A stretch of 64,000 nucleotides of DNA from Octopus vulgaris (GCA_951406725.2 OX597815.1:78058001-78122000); one strand, 5' to 3'; positions 25,381-40,735 are shown, counted from the first letter of the stretch. Notes: generated by a model not told the origin, from the sequence alone. Made by a program: numbers and translations.

Positions 25381-28300
25381 AAGCATTAGTCAAATATTAA
25401 AGACAATTTAATTGACGAAGTCCAACAGCCTTGAATCTGAAGCCTTGCACCAATGTGAGGAACAATTGCTGACAGAATGGTTAGTGCGTTGGACAAAATG
25501 CTTAGCAGCGGCATTCCTATGGTTAGTTACGTTCTGAGTTCAAATCGCGTCAAGGTCAACTTCGCATTTCATCGTTTCTGCATTGATAAAATAAAGTACC
25601 AGTCAAGCACTGGCATCGATGTAATTAATTTGCTCCCTTGCGTGAAGGGGGTTTTAACGACAGTCAATTGGCTGCCATATTTCATAAACATTCTAGGGTC
25701 ATCTCCACTACGCCTTTTCACAATAATTAGTATTTTAGAAATTGATCTCATCTCTGAAAACCTAATTTCACTAAGCTGAAATTCTTTAAATCCCAACAGC
25801 AATTACGCTAGCACCCACTTCACCATGTATTATAAAGTGAAGTCAATTATAACTGAGAAATCTAACCTAAATTTCATACAGGTGCGTCGGCGATTATATA
25901 AACTGTATTTGAGATATACAGAGGTAATAAAAATCTAGAAAAAAAAATTTATCTATTTTTCAGGCTTGGCTGTGTGGTTAAGGAGTTTGAATTGCAACTA
26001 CAAGGTCTCGTGTTCAACCCCATTGCACATTACTTTGGGTAAACACTTTCTACTACAACCTCGGGACAATATCTCGTGAATGAATTTGGGAAACGGAAAC
26101 AAATCGGAACCCTAGCACTGATGCGTGTGTGACTACTTGGTACCCGGGATTAGATTGTTTACGCTCCAGCGTCTTTATCGTTCAGTAATAATAAACGGAC
26201 AAAACAAGGACCAGATTTAAAAATAAGTACAGGGTGTGGTGTTGATCGACTAAATCCTTTAAGACAGTGCCCCAGCTTGGCCCAAACTAAAGGAAAAAAA
26301 GTAAAAGGATAAAAGAATACTTACAGAAGCCAGTTTCAACACTAGCGGCCGGCATGGTCAACAAACTGATTTCCTAAAATAAAACAAAACCAAAATACAG
26401 CATTACGAAAAGTGACAGAATTTCAATGTAAGGCTTCAATAATATTTTCACACACATAAGGCGGCAGAATCGCTTGTACGCTGGTCAAAATGCTCAGTGG
26501 CATTTCGTCCGTCTTTACGTTCGGAGTTCAAATTCCACCGAGGTTGACCTTACCTTTCATTCTTTCGGGGTTGATAAAATAAATACCATCTAAGTACTGG
26601 GGTCGATGTAATCGACTTACCCCTTCCCCAAAGTTGCTGGCCTTGAGCCGAAATTTGAAACCAATATTATCGCACGTGCACACACAAAGTTGATACTGAA
26701 GATTGATAGCGTTTTAGTGAACACATTTTGAGTTGTGTATTAATTTCCATAGTAATTCAGTCAGAGATGAAATTTGCACGGAAAAAACAAAGATCCATCC
26801 GTGATTCACGCGTAATGCTAATGCATCTCGAAAAAGCAAATTAACTGCGGTATTTGATCAGAGGTAAAATCTTATGGGCGTGCCTGACTCTCCGCTTGCG
26901 ACGGCGAGAGCTTGCAGTTAATCCGATCCATTGAACAACCTGCTCGTCAAAGTGGTTGAGCACTTCACAGACACGTAGTTCTCAGGGAGATTCAGCACGA
27001 TACAGAATGTGATAAAGCTGGCCGTTTGAATTACAGGTTGGACTCATTTTTATCAGCTGAGTGTAAATAAACGCGAAATAAAGATTTTCGCTCAAGTACA
27101 CAATGGCGCCGCCAAAAGTCGCACTCCCAACGTTACGATCCTGAACCGAACACCCAAGCCACTAAGCCACGCGCTTCCATTCTATGGACGTACTGTTTAA
27201 AATCAAATATACCATTAGCAGAAGAAAATCGTCCAAAACCGTCGTGAGAATAGCGGATGCGCATTTCTGCCTCTGACTTTTATCAGTAGCATAAGCATCA
27301 AAAATCTAACAAGAAATAATAACGAGATGAGTAAAATGTCTAAAATTACTGTTTCTATTGATGGAGCTGAGACTATATATAACCGCCCCAGAGAAACAGC
27401 TATCTCCCCGAAGTGCCGAAACGATTTCTTTTTCACTTGTAATATGCAAAGGCGAGTGCAATACCCAGTCTTCGCAGGCTCTCCTAGACTTGTAAGACTG
27501 GCGCCATTACTGTTCCTCGTGAACATTTGTAAGTCAACACCACAGGAAAAGATTCTAGAGAGCTGACGTTTTGGTAAGGAAGGAGTGGTCGTCGAGAGTA
27601 ACACGAGTCCTGATGGGGAAAAACACAGCAAGGGTGATGGGAGGAGGAGGAGAGATGAGCATCTAAGCGAATCTGAAATGAGCTCAGCAAACTCTGAGAA
27701 GCAGAGCCTATTATAATAGTGATAGGAAAAAGCTAACCATTCACTAGATGCAGCTAAGAGTATATTTTCATCACACTATTTTAATTATAACAACATTAAC
27801 AGAAATCCATTCGTCGTATCTACTGTTAAATCAGGCTGCAAGCACCAGTCTTACGGTTGTTGTGGTGTAACGCCGAGTTAGCTTTTATCAAGGTCTGTGA
27901 TCATAGGAAATTCCAACTGTGGCTAATCTTCCTTTTCTCTATGTACAGGGAACTCAGACCACATTACCCAACATATTCTGTTTTTAAACATGGTAGCTTG
28001 AGATTTGAGGGAAATTGGTTGCTATTTCTAGCGTGTCGAATGACCAATAATCCATGGAATATAAGCAAAAATTTGAGTAAGAAGCTGATTTGGTTTAAGA
28101 CTGGCAACCATTTTTCTAGCAGTGACGCTTAAGATATTCAACTTAATTATCGGTATATTCATCGAAACGAATAATCTGAGAGAGTGGATGGGGGGGGGGG
28201 GAGACAAAGAGACAGAAACAGAGATGAAAAGAGATTAACAAGAATTTCTTTAGCTTGTCCGTTATAATTATAATTTCAGCGATGATCTCTCACTGTTTAA

Positions 28301-31248
28301 TGTTCTCCATAGATACATTCCCTCTCAACGATAAGTCTATGATTTAACAGTATTGCATACCCTCTTCTAGACCTGTTCATCGTCTTGATAATATCTATAG
28401 ACAACATACAATAAATGCCTTGTAATAAAGTAACATGAGCTCTAAAGAAAAGGCAAGGAAAATACAGAAAAATCACAAAGTCTGGACTATTCACAGCATA
28501 TAATAGCATATTAAAAATGCAGATGACGATTTTAAGAAATAATGTTATAATTTGTTAATGAAATATTTTCTTAAGGTTTTTGTTCTAATACGTATGAAGA
28601 ACATATAAGGACAATAATGCCATAGTAATGTCCTATCAAATTTATTTTAGGGAACAACATATGGTAATAAATATTTGGTAAAGCCCTTAAATTTTGTTCT
28701 ATAAGCAATGTAAGAGGATCAGGAGGTAAATTTTCGATGAGCTACTAGTGAAGATTAGTTTTTTTTATATAGTTATGTTTAAGGTGAATAGCAGATTTGA
28801 GCCTCCTTAAAAGAAAATGCATTTCAGAAAATCATCGAAACAACCAAGCCTTTATGTCGGACAATGTATATCGGGATGTGTGGGATAGAGAAATAAATGG
28901 TTTGGACATTTCATTTTTCTCTATTTGTTCTTTTGGAAATTTTAATGCCTTGACCGTTACGTTAAGCCAGTGAAGATGGAGGGATCAAAATAATTAGGTC
29001 AAGTCAACGAGAGTTAAATTGAGTAGTCCTCTGACCATTCTATCTTTTATTGACTTATAAGTACATTATGCGAGGTTTCTTTCCTAGACATTTGAGAGAG
29101 ATCTGAATGGTATTTCTAACAGGCCAACGATTGTTTAAAGACTCCTTCGTTGGAAATGAAATGTAGGCTGGGAAGCTTCAAAGGATTACCACGAGGAGTC
29201 AAAAATGTTGGTGAAAATGAGAGTCCCTTAGTCTATTATAATTCTATTTATAACTTGACGTACTTATCAATCCGGGGTGATGAAAAGAATAAGTTGACCG
29301 AGGTGGGGCTTGAACTAAGAACGTAAAACACCGTAACTAAATATTGCAGATAGTTTTCCAACACTCTTCAAGATTCTGCTATTACATGCACAGAAGTTTG
29401 ATAACTTCAAAAAAGTAGCTACTTTTATAGGAGAGTTTAAAAGAGATGGAGTTTGCAGAGATCGCATTTTAGTCTACATAATGATCAGATTTCAAAAATG
29501 TAAGTTAAAAATTTCAATATCAATGAATCAAGCAGTGAGCAATAACAGTGTAGGAATCAATAAATACTGAATCAATAACATTGTTGATATTTAACATATT
29601 GTCGATAGTTAACATTGTTTACACAACTTTTAACTTTATAATAGAAAAAAAAAAACTCAATTGAAATGTGTCCGTGGATTATGAAAATATTAACGGAAAC
29701 TAGTATTTAAAGAAAAACAAAACTGCATTGTTTGAAATTTAGTTTTAAACTAATGAATATTATTACTATTGAATAAGTAAATTTTACGATAAAGAGACGA
29801 AATCTAAATTTTAAAAAATGTAAAACCTACTGTTTGCCTGGCTAATTCTGGTGTCTGGATGAATAAAAGAACCCAAGTTTCTTCAGTTTATCAGAGTTGA
29901 ATAACAAAAATCCATGAAGAAAATGTCGGTCCTATAAACACAGACAAAAACTAAATTAAAAAGGTCATATTTAGATTTGTCTAGGATATTGTTTGTATAC
30001 TTTTACCCTCTTATTCCCTCTCAGATAAGTGGTATAATAGCATGGTAATAGTTATTTTGAGGCAGAAGGGCGTAGGAGAGAGGAAAGGGAAAGAGAGAGA
30101 GAAGTGTGAGTGGCGGGCAGACAGAGACGGTGGCAATAAAAAGCGAGAACGAGAAGGGGAGAGGAAAATAAATTATATACTCTTCTCATAAGCACGTTAT
30201 TGGATACAAGTCTACTTCGAAAGAATAAATCACAATTTGTTTAGTTTAATGTAAGCTAGAGATAAAAGGTTAGCATTATAGACCAGACTTCAGAATAGCA
30301 CTTAGACTAGTCAAAGACATTTTAACTGGAACATCTCTCATAAACTGACATTTGAAATTTTCAGAATGCTATTATTATTATCAGCTCTAGGTGAAGCTTG
30401 TTTCGTCAACGTATCAGCTATAATACATTAACAAAAAGAAAAAAGTCAACTAATATATACAAGTGTTAAAGAGACTTGTTTAACATTAAGCATCTGGTGC
30501 CTTAGTATAATGTTATGAAAGTGTGTATAACAAAAATCTTAAATTAGTATACATTTTGTTCTTTCCTGTAAAATCTTTCTCGTTAAAGAGTTGCAAGTTA
30601 AATCTAATGAGCTTGGAGATGTTCAACAAAGACAAGATCGTTTTATAATATTATATAACACTGGTGAGATGCAGAGCAAAATGTATCTTTACGGCGTAGG
30701 CATATATAATTTTAAAATTACCCAAAAGTGGAGATCTGGTATCACTTTAAAAAAAAAAAAAAATCGACACAATCGACAACCAATTTATTTCAGCTGGTCC
30801 TGGCCAATTCAAAATCATTCCAACATCCACCAAATGATTTACCTATATTTATTTACTAATGTTTCATTGAACAGTATCTTTACGTTCAAATTAGGTAAAA
30901 GTAATGAATTTTAGGTTATAACCACACAGCCGTATCGGCTGTGTGGTTAAAACGAGCTCGCTTTGCAACTACGTTGTTTTGGGTTCAACCCCACTGCACG
31001 GTACATAAGGACAAGTGTCTTCTACTATAATCTCGGGTTGAGCAAAAGGGAATTTGGTAGATAGAAAGTGAGTGTATGCGTGTGTATATGTATGTGTGTG
31101 TCTACCACCCCACCACTTAACAGGTATTAGTTTGTTTTTTCGTCCGAAGGGACGAAAGGCAAAGTCGACCTTGGCGGAGCTTGATTTCAAAAGACTGATG
31201 AAACGCCGCTATTTTGTGTGTTGCGCTAGCGATTCTGGCAGTTCGTCA

Positions 31249-31298
<50 letters not shown>

Positions 31299-32997
31299 GT
31301 GTGTGTTTTATATATGAGTGTGGGGGTGTATTTATACACGCACACCCGTATGCACACATACATACACACAGGTGTGCATGTACACACAAACGTGTATATT
31401 ATGGCGCTCAACACGATTTAAAATCATTTTATGAAACCTGCTGCAGGCATATATCGACATTTATAGGTTTTTTTGCTATGGCTCTGATGACCACAAGATC
31501 TAATTTTTTTTTCGATTTTCTTTTTTTTTATGATAGAAAATTTTAAGCAAATTAGGGCTACGTAGTCATCTGAAGACCCCACAGCCGAAAAGCTATCAAA
31601 CCTGCTATAATGAAAAAGTGATTATAATCGAAATCGAGCAGTTTACCACCATATTCGTATGTGTATGTACATTCACATACAGGCGCAGGCGTGGTTGTGT
31701 GGTACGAAGTTTGCTTTCCAATCACATGGTTCCGGGTTCGTTTCCACTGAGTGACGCTTTGGTCAAATGTCTTCTACAACAGCCCAAAGCTAACCAATAC
31801 TTTGTGAATGTATATGGTGGACGAAAACCGAAAGAAGTCCGTCATGTGCGTGCGCGCCTTTGTTTGCTCCACCACCGCTTGACAACCGATATTGCTTTAT
31901 TTACGTCCCTATAACTTTTAGCGGTTCGGCAAATGGAATGAATAGAATAGGTAACAGGATTTAAAAAGGGAAGTAATGGGGTCGATTCAAGGCGATGCCC
32001 CAGCATGACTGCAGTCCAATGACTAAAACAAGTAAAAGATGAAAGTCTTTTTTATTCTTTAATCCGGAAGAAGCATTACCTTTGATCTTTATAGGCCATT
32101 CGATATTGATGGGTTTAATGTTCTGTTTAAAACATTGAAGGTCAACACTTGCAAGAAAAACATGAGCATGAAGGAAGGAGATTGCAGAGAGACGATAGTG
32201 TATTTACGAGGAGCTTCTGTAAGATCGCTTGACCAGATAGTTAGAAAAGCAGCTAAAATCTCTGAGTCTTTTAAAAAGGAAATGAGCCTTGCTAAGTGTA
32301 AAAAAGACTAAATAGTCAAGGATAGAATGCTTTTAAACAGAGGCAAAATTTCCCTTGAAGCATTCTATATCATTTTTCAAAAAGGAAAAAAAGTCATCTG
32401 AGATGTACACAGCTGAAATACATTTAATCATAGCGTTTTCGGTTAGGGCTGGGATGAGACTAAATAAAAACAGCAGTACAGTAATCCAGTGTATAGCTTA
32501 GCTGTTGCCAGACAAACATATTGCAGTACTTGGATGTATGAATCCAACAGCGTGACCTTGAGCAAGCATTAATCTGTGAATTGCGTTCATTAATTCAAGA
32601 GACAACCTTGGTCACACTAAACGGGGACAACACAACAATGCTTAATGATAATTCAAGATAAGAGAATTATATTGATACTAGAATGGAGTGTGAGAGCTTT
32701 GTCGTAAAAAAAATATAAAAAAAAACTATCGTTATTGCCATGAGTCAAGAAAGAAGCCGCTAAGCAGTCGCTCGACCTGCTGAATAATAAGCCAAATTCA
32801 CTCTAATCACACTCTATACGAAGGACTTTTTTTGTCAAACAAACTGAAACCATAGTCACGGATGAGACGCCTTTGATATTTCTAAACCTAAGGTCTAATA
32901 ATTTGGGTGGAGGGGGGCAAAAACATGAGTATTGTGTAGTGTATGTTGAGAGTGTGTATCTTTGCATGTATTTGATCTGAGACGAAGGAGAGAGGGA

Positions 32998-33042
<45 letters not shown>

Positions 33043-34804
33043 ATAATCGCTTGTCCGACAAAATATATTTTGTCTGACTAACGATTATAGATTAACTTTT
33101 TCATTCACCCTCAGACTTATCTTTTGAGTACTTTATTCTAAGTGACTAGACGTAGCTTCTTTTGAACTTGTTACCCCTGGAATGAATAAATGAAAATTAC
33201 ACACCCACACACATGTATCAACAAAATTATAATTCGACACTGAATTTGATAACTTCGACAATTAAACAATTTGGTTATTGAAACAACTGGATAACAAACA
33301 CGACGTTAAAAAGACAAGTAATGTTTCCATAAAGAAAATGGCAAACTACGTGGTTTTTATTGTTTAATCTCAGTCAACTCTGACCGAACAGACCTATGAA
33401 GAAAGGCTTTTCAACCATGACCATTACGTTTATTTCTGTATTTTTCTTTCCAAACCGCGCCTAAGATGTTTCAGATTTTTTTATAACAATAGGATATGGT
33501 TTCATGAAGATTTGACTGCTCCTTCTAGCACAGACAGGCTCCACTTCTGGTTCATGATAGAGTATTTTGTAGAGAGCATTGACGTTTCCGGCTTACTGAG
33601 AAAGGATGGTGGATATTCCGCTCATCGAAACCACATGTGAACTTTAAAAATGGTTCATTATAGAGACTATAGCATCACTGTTTCAAAAATGGCACAAGCA
33701 TAGAGCTACGGTTTAAGTCTGATTCACAATCACGCGATTTCGAGTTCAATCCATGTGACAAACAGCATAAAACTAAAACGTGTTATTTTTATTCGTTTCA
33801 CTCATTGGACCACAACCATGCTGGAGCACTACCATGACCATCAATTATCTTATAATTTTGCTAATTATTCTATCAGTATCTTTTGCCGAATCGTTAATTT
33901 ATATGAATGTAAACAAAGAAAAAAAGCACAACGGTTGTCAAGCGGTGGAGAGCAAAAAACATAACACACGGATATAAACCCAATGCGACGGGCTTCAACA
34001 CAGTTTCCGTTTCCCAAATTCACTCACAAGGCATTTGTAGGACCGGGCTATAGTAAAAGACACTTGCCCAATGTGCCGCGTTGTGGGACTGATCTCGAAA
34101 TCACGTGGTTGTTGTCTCTTAGTAAGTCCAATTATAGCTGTCGTACACGCCACATCATGTCCGTGAAATAGGGCTCCACTTGCGCAAATTTAGACATTGG
34201 AAGTTTTGAATATCTATGCTCTGACCATCTCTTATTTATAGATTGGTATATATAAAAGTATCTGATTGGCATCTAAAAGTATCTGAGACTCCAGATACTT
34301 TTTGATCACACAAATAGGTCCACTCTCGTGAAGAAGCAATCAAACTTCCACTTAACGCGAACTACGATATGCATGAGATCATCCAAACTACCACTAGGAC
34401 ACAACGATGACGTTATAGCTTCCTGTATCACACACACATTATCATCGTCACCACATACAATCGACTTTATTGCCTCCACTCCGCCCGCCACACACATCGT
34501 TCGACGTCATCGCCGCCTCCACCACACATCCAACGATATCATCGCCGCCATCATAATCAACGTAATCGACACCACCATACAAAACAAGCGATGGCGCAAA
34601 CACACGAAAAAAAAATTCTGAAATAAAACCGCGGCGCCGCCGCTACCATAACTTTCACCGTAGTCATTACTATCAAACAACGCACAAACAACTTAAGACG
34701 TTTGAGAGGTACTAAGATTTGTTAAATGTCAATTATGTTACGTATTTCCATACATAAAACTAAATACATTTTTTATGGTAGCCCAAATTTTGAAAAGGAA
34801 CTTC

Positions 34805-34818
34805 GTTGTCATGGCGAA
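34805..34818. promoter_or_regulatory. RFX X-box-like motif
   Basis: GTTGTCATGGCGAA versus consensus GTTGCCATGGCAAC; lies next to a CpG-rich stretch and upstream of plus-strand splice sites. Confidence 0.3.
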
Positions 34819-35930
34819 GCGTACTTAAGCATGCTTGAATGTCCTTGAACATTTCCATTTCCCGAAAGTAATTACAAATGAATGAATGTTTCAAAGCTTG
34901 AGAATTAATTGAAAAAAATAAGCTTTAACAAATGTGTACGTATATATAAATATCAGTAGAATGACTTTTCCTCAAATTATTGTACTACTTTTCAGGTCAC
35001 GCCATAAGCCTTTAGAAGTGCGTAGTAAATTTCCCATTTCTGATATACGATAATGAAAGTAAGAGATTAGTGTAAAATATTTTTTTCTTTCAAAGAAACG
35101 TATGTGTGTGTGTGTGTGTGTGCGTGCGTGTGTGTGTGTGCGTGTGTACGTGTGTTGATAAAAACGCCCAGTTCCTGCTTATCACATTACAAATACCAAT
35201 CTTTAAATAACTTGATGCTCATTGTTAAGATACATCCTTAGTTTCACCAAGTCAAGTGACATTACAGATCAGCAATGGGCAACGTTTTACGGAAAGCAGG
35301 ACGCGTGAGACATGGCTCACCGTCAGACGAATCACGATAATAAAATTCAAGCAACTTTTCGTTTAAGCGTGCTATTCAGGAAGTCATGCGGGCCGCAAGT
35401 ATCTCCAGCCTACGACTGCATGTTACAGATAACTCTTTCTGCTAATAAAGCACAAAGCCTGAAATTTTGGGAATGGGAGAAAAGGGCTAGTGGATTAATT
35501 ACATCGATCCCAGGACTCGACTGATACTTATGTTATCAACCCCGAAAGGATGACAGGAAAAGTTGACCTCAGCAGAATTTTAAACTCAGAATATAAGGAA
35601 ACTAGAAAAGCACTTGGAGAGCGAAAACCTCCGCCAAGCAGCTCATTTCCACCCATATACACGCATGCTGAAAATCGCCCAATTTCCCAAACCAACGCCG
35701 GCAAAAACATAACCTTCTTGGCGGGAGTTAAAAAAAAAATAACACAGTCATGATTTTAAGAAAAAAAAAAAAACCTTTAAAAACAGGAATCATCTGAAGC
35801 AGTTCACAACTACCAACATCATCAGTAGCATTGTCATTGCTTCCACTTCAACCACATACACTGCAATCAATGTTATAACGGTTACCTTGACAGTCACTTT
35901 CACCACCACAACCAGTATAACCACTGCAAT

Positions 35931-36165
35931 ACCTATTTCTTTACTACCCACAAGGGGCTAAACACAGAGAGGACAAACAAGGACAGACAAACGGATTAAG
36001 TCGATTATATCGACCCCAGTGCGTAACTGGTACTTATTTAATCGACCCCGAAAGGATGAGAGGCAAAATTGACCTCGGCGGAATTTGAACTCAGAATGTA
36101 ACGGCAGACGAAATACGGCTACGCATTTCGCCCGGCGTGCTAACGTTTCTGCCAGCTCGCCGCCC
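35931..36165 (-). mobile_element. young SINE (family ggcggcgagctggcagaaacgttag)
   Basis: Intact head, B-box-like gagttcaaattcc and body; dozens of decayed copies across the window. Confidence 0.85.
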
Positions 36166-38509
36166 ACCAGCACACAACTAACACTATCATCAACACCACT
36201 ATCACCACCATCACTGCCCCTGTCGCCATTATAACCACCGATGCTATTTTATCCTCCTCCCATACTTATCTCGACTGTCGTCATCATCAACACTGTCTTT
36301 AAACAGCAACCACCAATGGTTACGTGGAAACGATGAACTTCTTTTCAAGGGAGATAATCAAAGAACGTAACATTGTAATACTTCGGAGGAGGTAAAAATG
36401 CCGCTAAATCATTTTCGACGTGCTTAACGATTCTGCCAGCTCGCTGCCCTTTACATTATAGATAAGAGTACCTCATTTGATGGCATAAAAGCAGCATGGG
36501 TATGTTACATACACTCCAACCAATTTCAGCATCGCATATACAGAAAAAATGTTTATAAAATACGTAATGTAGGTCCAACTTTTCAGATAGGACAGGGGAT
36601 AGTGTTTAGAAACTTCATATGTAAGTGTCTCTTACATGCCATCAACAATTGCTGCTGTTGTCAAACACCAGGTCAGTTCTGATTGAGTACACCTATGATC
36701 AAAGATGACTATCCCATTATAACACCAAACTTGTCCACACCCGCCGTTGTGGGGGGAGTGGTGTGAGTTTCTCGTAGGTCAAAGGATTGCCTAAAGGCTC
36801 CTTCTGCTTGTCTATAACTGTTATTTGAGCCCAGTAAAGCTCACTAAATAGTTTTTAATTAGACAGTTATATTCAAATAATATAACGTTTGAACAATCGC
36901 CATACTTAACTGGTGCTTATTTTATTGACCCAAGGAGATTATATGAAAATTAATGAGAGCAGTCGCTCGATAGACTAGAAAAAGCAACCGACATACTCAA
37001 AATACATATCGTTTAATATAAGCATAGGAGACATTGGATAATATAATCTCACAACTCTAAAAAGACGAAATGGTCACGGTTGGGATGCTTTTGTTCATAG
37101 ATCCCTTTGATCAGGGTTGAACAACAAATATAAACCGACGGGGAAATCTGTAGTCGCTCGCTCGAGGTGCTGAAATAAGCAACCAATCGTCCTCGAATCA
37201 CAATGTCTTAAAAAAAAAAACACAATGAACACTGTAGTCCTAGATACGTTATGTCCGACAAAAAATATCTGAATGGTAATAGCTGGATCAGAAAATAACC
37301 TAGAGGCTAAACAACAAAAGAAAACGAAAGACTATCGAAAATCATTCTGTCGTTGTTTTACGAAAAAATAGTGACGTGTCTAGTTCAGTGTTCCATGCTT
37401 CCGCCATGTGGCTTGCAACACGAGAACCAAAGAACTAATTAATAATTAATTATAATAACAGCGATCGTTAGCTAAAGCCCCAGAAACTGGTTTATAACAC
37501 ATCGCAGAAAACTTTGTAAAAATACACCAGAGCCTATACAGAAAAGAATGAGCCATGCTTCTGTGCTGGGGTATAAGAACTTGAAAATCTTTAATTTTTT
37601 TTTTTTATGTTACTGCAATTTATTTCAAACAGAACATCACTTCGACGCATGCGTACTGCTACGCTATTATATTATCGGAGTCAACGATTTTCTTTTATAA
37701 CGAAGGCCATCTAATACACAGTATTTCTTTTCGTATTAATGTAGTGTTTCCATTAGAAAGAATCAATAAGAACAAAACAGTTTTAGGACAAAAGACTTAT
37801 CTTGCTATCATTGGTTAGTGTCATTAATATAACAACGAGAGAGAAATAGATAAGACAGTGTATGTATCTTTCTATCTCATCTGTTTTGAGATGAAAAAAA
37901 AAAAAAAGAAACAGGAAAATATCTTTAAACCCAACTGATGCTTTCTGTTTTTATTAGAAAAGCTACATATTCTTTGTGGGATAAATATTGATCGTGAGAG
38001 TTGTTTCTTGTAAGCGTAGAAAAATTACTTATCCACGGAAGTTTATTTACATACGCTGAGACACCTATATACATATATACAGGTCATAAAATTTAAAGAA
38101 ACAAAATGGATCGATGTGCATTACATTTGTTCAATCAACGGAAGTACTTAGTTCATTATATCGACATGCGAGTGGCCGAGTGTTTAAACGACACTGTACA
38201 TACACTTAACATAACGTTTTGGCAGACAGCATAAGGATGGCCTCTTCTGATTTATAGAGTCCATCAACTGGTTTCCAGTTTTTGTCTACACACTTTCACT
38301 TCCAAGCCTTAGATCAACTCATCTTTTGTAAATACCTGCTCAAGATGTTGTCCACTAGGATGACATTTATTCAACCATGTACACACACACACACACTCAC
38401 ACAGAGTAAACCTAAAACTTAAGCATCACTATCAATTTTTTCCTTGTAATAAAAATATTCAGCGATTCTTTCAATTTCGTTTAAGATTGTTTTATATATT
38501 TGTAAAACT

Positions 38510-38805
38510 TTTTCTTGTCTTTTTAGGAATATAAAATCACTAGGAGTGGATTCCCTGTCCCTTCGCACCCGCCCCTTTTAGTCGCCTCTTACGCCACGCA
38601 GGGAATATGACGACTGCATTCTACCGATCCTCCCACCAGTCACAGGGGGCGGGGTTGCTAGTTAACCCATAGCTGAGACCCTTACAGGTGTCACCACTCT
38701 GGGGCAGAATAGACCTAGGAACAATAGTGGCTAAGAAGTGATTCCACACTCCTCAAACCCTGAAACCAGGGCCCTAGGGTAGTTTATAGTCATGCTCAGG
38801 ACTAT
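38510..38805 (-). mobile_element. SINE-like or leader segment fused to the RTE
   Basis: Inverted homologue of 25082-25380. Confidence 0.7.
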
Positions 38806-40020
38806 AGGATAGGGATGCAATGTGGCAGGTGTTGCGGTTGTGTGGAGTAGATGGTAGATTGTTGAGAGCTATTCAGAGCTTTTATAGAGAAGGTAGGGCG
38901 TGGGTTAGGATGGGTGGTAAAGTAAATGAGTGGTTTGATGTGAAGGTGGGGTTAAGACAGGGTTGTGTGATGTCTCCGTGGCTGTTTAATTTATATATGG
39001 TGTGGTGAGAGAGGTGAATGCTACAACTTTTGGTAGGGGAGCCCAAATGGTGGGAGAAAATGGAGAGAAATGACAGGTGAGTCAGTTGTTGTTTGCTGAT
39101 GATACAGCACTGGTGGCGGATTCGGAAGAGCAACTGAGGAAACTGGTGGTAGAGTTTGTAAAAGTGTGCGAGATGAGGAAACAAAGTGAATGTAGCTAAG
39201 AGTAAGGTGGTGAGATGTTCGAGAGATGGAATGGCTGGTAGGATGGATATGAGTATAAATGGTAAGATGTTAGGAGATGAGTGTTTTTAAGTATCTGGGA
39301 TCACATGTGACGGCAGATGGAAGGTTAGCTGAGGAAAGGGGGATACAGAGTGAGGGAGGGGAGTAAGATACTTGGAGTTGTGAAATGTATGCTGAAAGAT
39401 AAAATGTTGAGTATGAAAGCGAAAAGAGGTGTGTATGAGGGCGTGATTGTGCCAACAATGTTATACAGTGCAGAGACATGGGGAATAGGAGAGGCGGAAA
39501 GGAGGCGACTAGATGTGTTTGAGATGTCTGAAGGCTATGATTGGTGTGACACGAGTGGATAGGATGAGGAGGTGCGAAGGCGAGCAGGAATGAGAAAAAC
39601 TAACAACCAAAATGGATAGACGAATGTTGAAGTGGTTTGGCCACATGGAGAGGATGGATGAGGAGCGGATGGTAAGGAGGGTGATGAAGGCAGAAATGGT
39701 AGGTAGCAGAACCTGAGGCAGACCTCGGTTTGTGTGGATGGATGGAATGAGGAAAGCTTTGGTGGTTAGAGGTGTTGGAATGAGAAGCAAGAAAGCTTAG
39801 ATAGTGTTTGTGGACGGATGAGTGAATTTGATGTTGCTCAAAGGGGTACGGAACCAGCATGATGCGGTGGGGGTAAACCAGCATATGCTGTCGGACCCCG
39901 CTGCTGGTATTGGGGGGTTGCGTTGTTTGCCTTGACCCGAGCATAGAACGGAGCTTGCCTCGTTGAGCTGGCAAATGAATGGAATGCCTGGTCTTGAACA
40001 AAGGCTTTTTATGGGGGGGA
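38806..40020 (+). mobile_element. 5'-truncated RTE-clade LINE, frameshifted RT
   Basis: GLRQGCVMSPWLFNLYM, LLFADDTALV, FKYLGS, PTMLYSAETW and LKWFGHMERM motifs. Confidence 0.92.
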
Positions 40021-40735
40021 CCTGTCATATTCATGAGCCGCTCCTTAATTCCATGGACAGTGTGTCAATTTGCTGGCTCTAAACTCTCACCCACTCTTTT
40101 ATATGCCCGGTTTGCATAAACAAGTTAATGCTAATGTATTTAATGTAATAATATCAATTAGCTTTATTTCATTACAAAATGCTCCAAGAAATTGAATAAA
40201 TAATTAAGCGAAATTATTAAAAGTATGCAAATTTTGAAAACTGAATTTATTCCAAGAAGTCAGCTTTTGAGACCAATAAGCTCATTGTTAAATTAATTTT
40301 GATAGGAGAGCTGTTACTGAACATTTTAGCAGTTATTTTGTTAATTATATTAAGACACAAAAGATTTTACTTTATAAACCTTCATAAAATCAGGACGAAC
40401 AATATTAGAGCAAGTAAACGCGTATATTTTTTTTCTACTGGTTTCAATCTAATGACTGCGGTCACGCATTCTTCAAGGAATTGTAGTCAATCGTCATAGC
40501 GATCCCCAATACTTTAACTGGTACTTAATTCATCGTTCTAGTAAAATACGAAATGCCAAGTAAACTTTGGCGTAAAGGGAGATAAATAATTTCAGTTGAA
40601 CTCAGTGGGTATTTTTTATGCGAATGAATCCAAGAAGTTCTAATCTTTCATTCATTCATACACACATATACATACATTCGATATCCACTCGTACTAAACT
40701 GTGCATGTGCACTTGTATATGAATTTTTGTTGTAG

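Noticed and set aside
31570-31600. CTGAAGA-ccccacagcc-GAAA
   Set aside because: No stem II pairing is possible.
34380-34620. 97-aa His/Thr/Ile-rich ORF
   Set aside because: Decayed (CAC/CAT)n low-complexity sequence, similar to 35800-36320.
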